The position numbers were made by a program, and so were the translations under genes. Below the pieces are notes generated by a model. That model was not told the origin of the DNA. It saw only the letters and a list, made by a program, of their open reading frames with translations, and did not search any database. A DNA stretch of 60,586 nt, counting the filler, from Dugesia japonica (Eukaryota), in NCBI GenBank assembly GCA_001938525.1. It is 6 parts of 6 records of this genome, joined end to end, with 100 filler letters (N's around TTAATTAATTAA, not from the genome) between each part and the next. Parts side by side here need not be neighbours in the genome. Positions count along the whole stretch, not along the records: positions 50,182 to 60,586 come from MQRL01633018.1; 5 more parts are not named here. The stretch is one strand, 5' to 3'. Below, piece by piece: positions 50,200 to 60,586 of the stretch; position 1 is the first letter of the stretch; each line of letters starts with the position of its first letter.

Positions 50200-51445
50200 A
50201 TTATCTACTTGATCTACTCCATCACTGGGACAGGCGTCATCATTTCGTCATCATTGGTATTCATTTGATATTTTCGTGTCTTGTTGTACATTTATCTTCT
50301 TTCTGCTCTCAAAGGATTAATTTCATGGCATAGTAATCGGAGATTTCCTGGATTTTTACAATGCGAATGTGACCTTCTCTGCATGCCCAACATTTTCTCA
50401 CTCTGAAAGTCTGAACATTGGGTTCATAATGTTCGCTCATAGNNNNNNNNNNNNNNNTTCGATAAATCTTGGAATCATATTTCTGCTCATAATTTTTACT
50501 TTGATTTAAATTTCCATTGAATCTTGGTTTATTAAATCTATTATTTGAAATTTCCCGCGCTACGGTTGCAAATGTACTTTTTTTTCAACGCTGATATTTC
50601 ATATTCTGGTTCCATTTCTTTTTTCAATCCATCAATTTTAATTATAATTTCTTTCATTTTTTCAACATNNNNNNNNNNNNNNNNNNNNNNNNNNNNNNNN
50701 NNNNNNNNNNNNNNNNNNAATCCATCAATTTTAATTATAATTTCTTTCATTTTTTCAACATCTTCTATATCTCGCCTTTTAATTTCCTTTTTAACTTCTT
50801 CATCATCTATTGAATTTTGTAAAAGAAGTTTTACGAGTTTTTCCTTAGTTAACTGGTGACGCAGAATATTATCTGCTAATTTTTCAACTTTTGTAAAAAA
50901 TTGAAATTGAGGATTCATGTAGTCAACAATATTTCAAGGCATTAATTAGATCTTTACCAAGGTTTGCAGGCTCTGAAAATTCTTTTCTGCTTCTTGTTTT
51001 GAAATCTTCAATCTTTGAATCGACTGTTTCATATAATTTGACTGCGTCTGTTGTCATAAAAGCTTTTATAATACTTTCTTTTTAACTGTTTCGAAGTCAT
51101 GGAAATTTCAAAAAATCTCTTTGCTTCATCAATAAATTCTTCAATATTCCCTCCTATCTCGAAAATCTTGGGTGTTGGAATCCGCGAGTTCAGGATTGGC
51201 GTGGTTTCCATGTTAGACTTTGAAAACGAATTAAGCATAAAATATATATTATAAACACAAAATGACATTGTAAAAAATATTATANCTTTTGAGCAATCAG
51301 TTATGTAATAATGTCTGAGCACTAAAATCATACACGCATTCAAACAGTCCATCACGCATTTACCTATTATCACATACATATATAAATTTACTTATATAAA
51401 GGTCAATATGAAAATATTATATTATTCTTAGTCATATCTCTCAAT
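50200..51445 (-). mobile_element. Gypsy 5' LTR, PBS and frameshifted gag
   Basis: LTR ends ...AAGTCTAACA at 51211, followed by PBS-like TGGAAACCACGCC. Gag-like METTPILNSRIPTPKIFEIGGNIEEFIDEAKRFF, with Cys/His knuckle traces near 50330-50400. Confidence 0.75.
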
Positions 51446-52114
51446 ATATACCATGCATGTACATCTCATTTTACAGTGTTGATTGTTGAAATGGGAAATT
51501 GAAAGTGAATATAAAGCAACTATTATATTTTGTTGGCAATTGATAAAAAGTCCTTACGCGATTGACCGGTAGATCAATTATAAAAAGAATAGTAAATTTT
51601 ATTTTATTCAATTATAAATTAATTTTAAATTTTATTATAACTTTTCATTTTAATAATTTTGTCGACTATTATTATTGATGTTATCAAACTATGGACTTAA
51701 TTATCAAATTTCATCAATTAAAAATAAATTCCATTTGACCAGAAATTTTATGTGAAATTTTGTGAAATTTTATTCTTAATATTTACAATTCTAATTATTT
51801 TACTATTATGTAAATGACGTACACACATCCTGGAAATAATGTATAAATACATTTGTAAAACTTAAAATTTTACCCTAAAAATAGTTTTCGACTTTTGTAG
51901 TTGAAATATTTCGAGAAAAATAATACCTTGTAAACGCATTTGTAAAACTTTTTCTATTGATAAATTAAATTTCGAAATTAATAATTAAAGCTATAAGGTA
52001 ATTCATATAACTTGATCTATCGGATTGTCAAAAATCTATTTCTTAAACTCAATCGCCTGTTGATTTATTTTGGTTATAATCCCCAAAGTATCTTAACAGA
52101 CTTATTTACTGTAT

Positions 52115-52760
52115 TTACATTGGAGGTGAACATAATTATACCATCAGAAATACCTTAAAAGTCTTCTAGACGCAGCGAAATATCAAAGCGCTCCAGGATC
52201 AAACGTGAAAAAATTGATGTTAATCATTACCAAAAAAGAATTACATCGTTCACTGGAGACTTCTGCAAATGTATATAAGGCCGGCTATACAAGTGACCAA
52301 TGTACAAAAAGGCGTTAAATCTTTTCAGGCTCCAATATTTGAGTATTATATAAATGTCAATGCATATTTGAGAACGCAATGCAAAATAGATTTGGAAAAA
52401 AATTATTACGATTTGTTAAATAACAGTATATNTGGTAAAACTGTAGATAATTTAAAGAAGATGATTAATTTGCGCTGATGCAAATTAGCAAAAAAACTCA
52501 TAACGTATATTTCAAAAGAAGGATTCGAAAATTCAACAAAATCGATGACGATTTAATAACTATTTTAATGAACAAATAAGTGGTTGGCGCAGATTGACCG
52601 GAATACATAGGACAGAATGTACTGGACCTCTAAAAAATGCGAATGTACAATGCAGTACATTGAGCTGAAAAAGTACAGACGGTTAAGAAAATTGTAAAAT
52701 AAATATTGAAGCCGGTGATACATATATATTTTCGTAGAGGTTGTAAATATAAATTTTAAA
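52115..52760 (+). pseudogene. Polinton/adintovirus protein-primed DNA polymerase B remnant
   Basis: KNYIVHWRLLQMYI...V.NV.KG..SFQ...EYYINVN...R......EKNYYDLLNNSI.GKTVDN matches the pPolB region K.YVVHY...F.Q...YI..N...R...EKDF.KLMNNS.FGKTMEN. Confidence 0.85.
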
Positions 52761-54895
52761 AAACTAACAGAATTAATGGTGAGATTGGATAGTAGATACG
52801 TCAAATGATAACACAAGCCATCCTCTTTATTCTGACTATTTAAATTTATATTGATATAAATTATTCATTTTCTATGGAAACAATGGAAGTGGTAAAAAGT
52901 ATAGACTTTTAGTCCGTTCTAGCCATTAGTTAATTCAAAGAACGATAAGATTAATGAAGTAAATTAATAATTATTGTGAGAAAGTATATCGGCCTTCATT
53001 AGGACCACGAATAATGATTTTAAATAAGTAAAAATAATAATAATTTTAAATTTAAAAGTAGCGGGAAAAATTTTTAATCAAACAAATTCTGCACCAAATA
53101 TTTTTTCTTACCCCATATTTTCGACCAATTAGATTCTGCGTCAATAATTTTTTTACCTCCCCCCAGAGGGATTGGTGTAGTGTGCCATTATGTACTTAAT
53201 GTAGATAAAAATATTTAATTTTTAATATTTTGCCATATTAATTTTGTATATTATTTTCTAATAAGCTTTCTCTCAATTATAATTCCTACTCTTAATAAAA
53301 TTACTAAATTATAATAGAATTTTTAGTAATATCCTGTAAAAAAAGCTTCATTATAAGCGCTCTAGTCTGTACCTAATTTTTTAAATTTTAATAACTAAAT
53401 GTCTAAATAAGTTATCTATTAATTTCTCAATATTTTCTATGATGAAGTGATATTTAACATAATAAATATCAAACTTCAGTATTAATATCTAATTTCTGTA
53501 TCTATATAACTATTAATAACAAAGAATTTATTACCCCAAACAATATTTAGAAAATATCTTAAAACATCAAATATGCAAATAGCACAGAAAACTATATAGA
53601 TATAATTGATAATATAAACAAACTAGATCCATCAGGTTTAAGCGGTTATTGAAAGAACATATGAATCACGTTAACTTAAGTTCTCATTTAGTTAAATAGA
53701 TAAATATTAACTTAATAAATTTGTTAGATAATTAAATAATTAATAATACGATTGATGAACATTTTCCAGTTTTTTATATCATCACTTAAAATAACACTAT
53801 TGATGTACATAATTCTGTATTTTATTTAGAGCAAAAAGACAGTTACTTGATATTATTTTTATCATTTTGTTATTACATTCAATAGATAATTTGGCATCTG
53901 TTGACATGACTATCGTTAATTGACCGTGTTATTGATAAGACAATTTTCTTTTATGTAAATCATTCGGTAATTTATTTTATGGCTACTTTGTGGTAGATCT
54001 TTCAACCAAATTTGGTTAAAAACATTAATATAATTAATAGAAAATCGAATATTTGTTATCTAACAAAAAAATAACTTTAAATTAAAAATAAACTTTTAAT
54101 TTCATCATCAATTAAAAAAACATTTTCGGTAAAATTGTGGTCACCGAAAATAATATTTTTGGTAAGAAACATCTTACAATAATAAAACCAATTGGAAAGT
54201 GTACCAGTTGACACTAATTATGTTACTAGGCTGGTGTAATACAGCAAGGTGTCAATGATGCACACTTGAAATACGAGCCGAATGATATTAAATAATTATA
54301 AGTGTCATCATTTAACACATTTTTTAAGTGGTGTGTGTTTGTTTACATATCCTATACTTAGTCGTTGATGGGTTAGCGATTATATTGACTAGGATCAATT
54401 GAAAATCTTCACATACACGAATGGTTACTAACCGACACTCTTTGCGATAATTCTAGATAAATTTCCCACTTGAGTTAAAAAATATTATCGAAAATTTTAA
54501 TATAAACAATGAAAGTAATAAATGTATTAGGTTACTATTTTTTTTTGAATACGAATATTAAAGAATGAAGCTATGTTAAATGTATTACTTTATTAACTTG
54601 TTTTTAAATAATTTATTTCAATTAAAATAATATTTGTCTAAAAAAGTCGAAAAATTTGGTATTACATACTATAATAAAGAAAAAGTATCCAAATGAATTT
54701 TATTGGTTGAAGGAGAAGACATATTTCAAGTAATTTCGTTATTCGTAAATTGCAATGTTTAGTGAAATTTTATTGGTGCAATTCGATACAATTCCGTTAA
54801 GTGTGTGATTTGATTAAAATGAAATATATAATGACGATATTAACAGATTTATTAATTAGATAAAAAAGTGAAGCTTTATTTTTATAAGGATCTAT

Positions 54896-56288
54896 ATGGA
54901 TAGAGATTCTAAAAAATCTCAGAAATCTTTAACTGATCAAACTCCAGAATTTTCAAGAAATTTTTTAAAATTAATGCAGCCACCAATTTATCCAATTACA
55001 GAAAAAGGAGCAAGAAAACCAAAGTGTGCGAGATGTAGAAATCATGGAATGGTATCATGGCTAAAGGGTCATAAAAGGCATTGCCACTACAAAGATTGTC
55101 GATGCGCTAAATGCAATTTGATAGCTGAAAGACAGAGAGTTATGGCTGCTCAAGTAGCCTTGAAAAGACAACAAGCAGCTGAAGATGCAATTGCTATTGG
55201 ATTGAGAACAGCTTTAAATGAATCTCAACTTCCACTTTTAACAGCTGGGCCTTTGTGGGGTCCAGGTTCTGTAAGTGCTCCAATATTAGGTTCACCAAAT
55301 ACTTCTAGTTACTGTGAACCAGATAAAATGAATGAAGAAGTTACTAAACAGCATCTAGAATTTAAAAAACTAGAAGATAAAATAAATAATTCAGACAATT
55401 TAAGCGATTCGGATTCAAATTCTGAAAAATTTGACGATAATATTAAAATATTTGAAGGTATCATAATATTCTTTGAGATTATTTTATGATTTATATTTAG
55501 GAAATGCAAAAATAAATAGCAGAAATGATCAACCGATGAAAAATAAAGAAATTTCATTAAACTACACTGAAAATGTATTAAGTGGATCTGATGATGACAA
55601 AAGTTATTCTACAAACAAAACCATTAATAGTAAATCAGATTTACTTGAATTGTTGAAGCATTTTTTCTCTCATAAAATGACAATTGACCCATTTTTGATT
55701 GATACATTAATGGAGAAATATAATAACAATGCGTCTAAATGTTTGGAAGAAATCATTAGGTATTCATCAAACTTTACATCGCTCAACAGCGAATCATCAA
55801 AAAACAATATTCTAGATGAGATTCATGAAAAAAATCTGTTGAGTTTGAAGCGTTTTATTATACCTTTTAATAACCCAAATGTACCGATTAACATGTGTCA
55901 AAATTCTCTCATTCATCGAGTACCTTCAAATGTAGATTACAATAATTTTTTCCATAACTCAAATTTTAAAAATGTGAATTTACATTCTGTCAATCCTACA
56001 AGTTTCCAGTTTAAGCCCCCAAATTATAATTATCCTTGTAATCCGTATTCAACATTACCTTATTTTTACCTTAATCAAAGAATTCAACAGAAGCAAATTT
56101 CTGAAATGTTAATAACTAAATCAATAAATGAAATTTCACCAGAGAAACCAATTAATTATTCTGATAAAGATGATTTTAAGAATAAAATTTCAGATAATAA
56201 ATTGATTTCGAATTCAAATACTGGCAGATCAACATTTTGGTCTTTGGTTGACTTGGTTAATGAAGAATCCTCTTTAACTTCTACCTAA
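54896..56288 (+). CDS. dmrt: Doublesex/mab-3-related transcription factor, Dmrt93B-like, 449 aa (exons 54896-55457, 55501-56288)
   Basis: DM domain [62 protein letters not shown] phase-1, 43-nt GT-AG intron 55458-55500 fuses the two ORFs. DMA-like LELLKHFF...[20 protein letters not shown] in exon 2. Confidence 0.95.
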
Positions 56289-56824
56289 AAATTAAATAAA
56301 ATTATATTGTGTACATATTTAACATAAAATATATTATTTTAATTTTGAGATTTTTGATTTGTAATTTATTTCCAAGATAAATAAAAGTTAAATTTCAGTT
56401 GAAATTCAGAATTATAAATATTTATTTAAAGAATTATTATTTGAAGTGTTAATTAATATTTTGTAATATTAGATTTTCAGTTTTTCTCTCAAATTTAAAA
56501 TGCTATATTAGAACAGCTGAATATATTGTAATTTTAATGACTTACAAAATTAATTAAACCCTAATAGCTAATCTTACATATTACTAATTATTTTAAAATT
56601 TAAATAAAAAAGTAATTATTAGAAATTATAAATGAAAATTAATTTCGAATTTTAATTGAATAAACAATGTAAATTTTATTAGAAGTTTGTTTACTATTTA
56701 AAATAGTACATTGAAAAATTAAATAGAACAGCAAAAATTTTAACCCATGAGATCAACTTGTCAGTAAAATTAGTCAAAATAAAAATTAGCAAAAGAAGTT
56801 TTGTTATAAATCTTATGTGAATTG

Positions 56825-57640
56825 TAATGTAGTAGTTCAATTCATGTTTATAACATTCATTTTGTAGTATAATTAAAGAATAATATGGTACATATGACCG
56901 AAGAATTATCTGAAACGTTTCGATATGAAAGACGTTAATTTTCAGGTGACATCTAAAATACACTGATCTCTCAATTTTTACAAAAAAAGTGATTTTTTTA
57001 AAAAAAGAATTAAAATTTGAAATATCGCTTTTAACTGTCATTTTGGCAACTAAATAATATTTTTAAGTGNATCGAAAATTATGGTACTATCCGCTGCTCT
57101 CGGAAATTTTATTTTATAAATTACTAATTAGCACTTCAAATAATAAATTCTTTTAAATAAATATTTATTATTTAAATATTTTCAGTTTAAAGAATATATT
57201 TTTATTCAAATTTATCATATATTGGTTATCCAAACAGTAAAGCGCATATTTTGTCAAAACCTAATTTTGTATGATAAAATTTTTTTTAACAAAATATTTG
57301 CCGTTTCCATGTATACTTTATTCTTTTGTTCAGTATTTTTCTGTGAGTTATTTCTTTTCCCTTTACTCAAGACATCTGTCTATTTACTTCTTTCTGGCTA
57401 TTAGTAATTTGTTTTAGTACTTTGTTTTAATTCATTCCATTTTTGCATATTTAAATTGTTTTTCGATTTAGTTTTTGTTGAGAACGCAATAATTTAAAAA
57501 GTAAAATATTATAGTGTAATAGTTCAAATCATGTTTATGAGATTCATTTTGTATCACATTTGGTACATATGACAGACTAATTATTTGAAACGCTTAGATG
57601 TGAAGTAAGTTAATTTTCAGAAGACATCTAAAATACACTA
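56825..57640. repeat. Two diverged ~140 bp direct repeats (56825-56965, 57515-57640), possibly Penelope pseudo-LTRs
   Basis: Both contain AGTTCAA.TCATGTTTAT..ATTCATTTTGTA, GGTACATATGAC, GAAACG and GTTAATTTTCAG..GACATCTAAAATACACT. Confidence 0.7.
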
Positions 57641-57767
57641 TATAAGAGTTTTTTAAAAGAACAGATTTAAAATTTTTTATCTTTGAAAACGGAATTTAGT
57701 AAAATCAAAAGTATATTTAAAATTATATCATAAAAATAAACTATAAAATAAATTAATAAAATTTAAG

Positions 57768-57940
57768 GATTTTTTAAAATATAAAATGAAATGAATAAAA
57801 GATTTTTTAAAATATAAAATGAAATGAATAAAAGATTTTTTAAAATATAAAATGAAATGAATAAAAGATTTTTTAAAATATAAAATGAAATGAATAAAAG
57901 ATTTTTTAAAATATAAAATGAAATGAATAAAAGATTTTTA
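57768..57940 (+). repeat. 33 bp minisatellite, ~5 copies
   Basis: Unit GATTTTTTAAAATATAAAATGAAATGAATAAAA. Confidence 0.92.
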
Positions 57941-58669
57941 TTATAATGTACTTTTTTAAATCAAATATATTCTAAAAAGAATAAAATATAAAATTAAATT
58001 TCTATTGTAATATATTTTTTTAAAATCAAATGTGTTTTAAAAAGAAAAAAATGTGAAGTTGAGTTTCTGTTGTGATGTGTTTTTTTTNNNNNNNNNNNNN
58101 NNNNNNNNNNNNNNNNNNNNNNNNNNNNNNNNNNNNNNNNNNNNNNNNNNNNNNNNNNNNNNNNNNNNNNNNNNNNNNNNNNNNNNNNNNNNNNNNNNNN
58201 NNNNNNNNNNNNNNNNNNNNNNNNNNNNNNNNNNNNNNNNNNNNNNNNNNNNNNNNNNNNNNNNNNNNNNNNNNNNNNNNNNNNNNNNNNNNNNATGTTT
58301 TTTACATTATTTATTTATTTTTATGCACAAATTTTGATTTTATGTTTTAATTTTCATGTACAAATTTTAATTTTATTATTTATAAATATCTATATTTCAC
58401 GATTTCAACTGTATACAAATTTTATTTACAAATTTCGATAAACGAATTTGAATTCGGATACTAATATATTATCACAGTAATGTTAGATTATTGATCAATT
58501 TTATGTAAATATTTTAATAATAAAATAAAAATAGAAAATTTAATACACAATTTTAATAAAATTAGAAAAGTTTTGTAAATATTTATAAATCTTTAATGAA
58601 TTATTGTAGTATTTTTATAAACACTTTTGATTTTCAGTAATATGCATGCGTATCTCTCTAGTATAAATA

Positions 58670-59410
58670 CAGTATACTCCCGATTATCCGTGNNNNNNNN
58701 NNNNNNNNNNNNNNNNNNNNNNGGATACTATTAAGAAAACGCATACTTGTTTAAATAAATACACATTATTTATTTTAAGAAGTACAATTTTAATTTTATT
58801 GCTTTGCTATTGATTTATTGTTTATTTTTCTATAGGTTTAAAATTCCCTATGATAATTAAAATTTTAATTAAAATTAAAAATTAAATTTTTTAAATTTTA
58901 AATTATTTTAGAAAAATACCCTATCGCAATGTCAAATAATCGCAAAAGAGTCGTACTGACTGTGAAATAAAAACTTCAATTAATTAAAATGAGTGAAAAG
59001 GGCAAATCCACACCGAAACTTTCGGAAGAATACGGAGTTGGTGCTCAAACAGTTCGCGATATAATTAAGCAAAAGAGAAAGTTGGAGGAGTTTACAAGAG
59101 ACTGTGATAGTAATCCAGGTCCTTCAACTAGAAAAACTATGAAAATGTCATCATATGAAGATTTAGATACAGCTATACTTAAATGGTTTTATCAAAAACG
59201 AGCAGAAAGAATGCGAATTACAAGCTCTGTAATTGCACATGAAGCCAAATTCTTTTATGATTCATTGGAATTCAAGGACGACTTTAACGCATCTTCTGGA
59301 TGGCTAATCAAATTTAAGAAACGTCCTGGTATCAGTGAGCTTTCAATCCAAGGAGAACGCCTTAGCGGAGATGTTGACGCCGCTACTAAATTCCTGATTG
59401 AATTTGAGGA
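58670..59410 (+). mobile_element. Tigger/pogo (CENP-B-like) DNA transposon, 5' part
   Basis: TA then TIR-like CAGTATACTCCCGATTATCCG at 58670. The ORF from 58929 (RKRVVLTVK*KLQLI) continues with HTH motifs EEYGVGAQTVRDIIK, LDTAILKWFYQKR, FNASSGWLIKFKKR, IQGE. Truncated before the DDE domain. Confidence 0.9.
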
Positions 59411-60586
59411 AGCAAATGATATAAAGAAAGTGTAGCAAAAGACCTAAAAGAAACGTTATCATTAGTTGAAAAAAATAGAAAGAAGAGAACCTATTAATGT
59501 AGTAAAGAGTTACACTGGTGAATCACGTGGAGAACGTTTCGGAGAAAGGAAANAAAGTATTGAGAGAGTTACAAAAAGAACAGAACCACAGTGTTTGACA
59601 TGCCAGAGTTATGGGCATAGAAAAAGAGTGTCCGAAAAATTCTCATGTAGAATGTTGGACTTGTCACAAAAAAGAGCAATTAAGTAGAAATTGTTCAGAC
59701 AAGAAACCACCAAAATGTTTTGGGTGCGGTAAGATTCGTCATGTCAGAAGGATGTGCACAGAAATTGTATGCGGTAGATGTAAAAGACCAGGTCACATAG
59801 CAGAAGAATGTTATTCGAACATTAATAAACCTAGACTAGAAGAGAGAAGATACAATTTTAGAAGCCGACAACAAACAAAAGATTGGAGTCGGACAAAACC
59901 AATTCATGCCATTCAAGAAGAGTATGATGAAGAGAATGAAGATATATTTTCTGGGAACATAATAGAAAATGAAGATCCAAGAAGAGAATACCCAAAAGGC
60001 AGGGCTCCATCAGTAAAGGAGTTGGTCGGAGCCATTCATTAAACGAGTTAACGTTTGAATATCCTCAAGAGGCCGAGAAATGAGATCAGACGAGTAAAGT
60101 GAGAGAAAAGGTTTACAGATTCCTAAAAAGAGAAAGTTTCAATGATGCGAAAGTTAANAAAGGGAAGTGATAGAAATAATTGATGAGAATCAGAATACCG
60201 AAATTTTGTATGATAAGATGCAAGGGATACCTAGCATTTCAGTGATGATCAAGGGTGAACAGTTTTATTGTTTGTTGGATATAGGAGCAAGAATAAATGT
60301 GATGAACATGAAAAGATTTGATAGACTCGGAGAAATATTGTTAGAAAAAAGCGACGAACGATTGCATTGTGCGAATATCAGCTGGTTGGAGACGATTGGA
60401 AAGATACGTGTCAAAGTTGTAGTTTCAGAAGTGTGCAAGAAAGTAACATTTATAATAGTATAGAAATTAATAACAGATCTAATTGATGGAGTGAAATTTC
60501 AGAATACTTTTGGGTATCATTTTCAGAAAAAGTGCAAGGTAGACATCAATAATCATCGAGAAAAATTTGTTTGCAACATCAAATCA
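59411..60586 (+). mobile_element. Gypsy gag (four Zn knuckles) and aspartic protease, degenerate
   Basis: CLTCQSYGH, CWTCHKKEQLSRNC, CFGCGKIRHVRRMC, CGRCKRPGHIAEEC; protease CLLDIGARIN. Confidence 0.85.

Noticed and set aside
34760-52760. One complete Polinton made of MCP, morphogenesis module and pPolB
   Set aside because: The pieces lie on three contigs separated by artificial spacers and differ in degree of decay.
57768-57940. CRISPR-like 33-bp repeats
   Set aside because: Head-to-tail copies with no spacers, eukaryotic context, no cas genes.
58053-58350. ORFs spanning N runs and other short AT-rich ORFs (e.g. 37653, 14628, 35041, 56694)
   Set aside because: Open only because of Ns or low complexity; F/I/L/K/N-biased with no motifs.

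Overview
Very AT-rich animal (invertebrate) DNA, not a prokaryotic locus. The window is six unrelated ~10 kb contigs (1-9373, 9474-19626, 19727-30221, 30322-39487, 39588-50081, 50182-end) joined by an artificial 100-nt spacer (44 N + TTAATTAATTAA + 44 N), so adjacency across spacers has no biological meaning. Host genes with short GT-AG introns are PUS10 (tRNA pseudouridine synthase), a divergent DEPDC1/7-like RhoGAP-fold gene, a TCAF/FAM115-like M60 peptidase with a two-LTR Gypsy element in its intron, and a Dmrt93B-like DM-domain transcription factor. Contig 5 holds a ~9 kb decaying endogenous Polinton/adintovirus-like virus (penton, adenain protease, fibre-like gene, membrane protein, packaging ATPase, Zn-finger/PLA2X, duplicated orphans) with a GTAGT motif just upstream of start codons and CATG-centred palindromes at gene boundaries. 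Remnants of a Polinton major capsid and a protein-primed polymerase lie on two other contigs. Contig 2 has no recognisable host gene, but it carries two diverged copies of an orphan ORF and two related CCAAT-rich promoter-like blocks in opposite orientation, possibly the accessory region of a giant mobile element. The rest is nested TE debris (Gypsy, Penelope, RLE non-LTR, Tigger/pogo, hAT and fold-back MITEs). All family calls come from motif recognition by eye; no database search was run. A flatworm-like host is only a guess.
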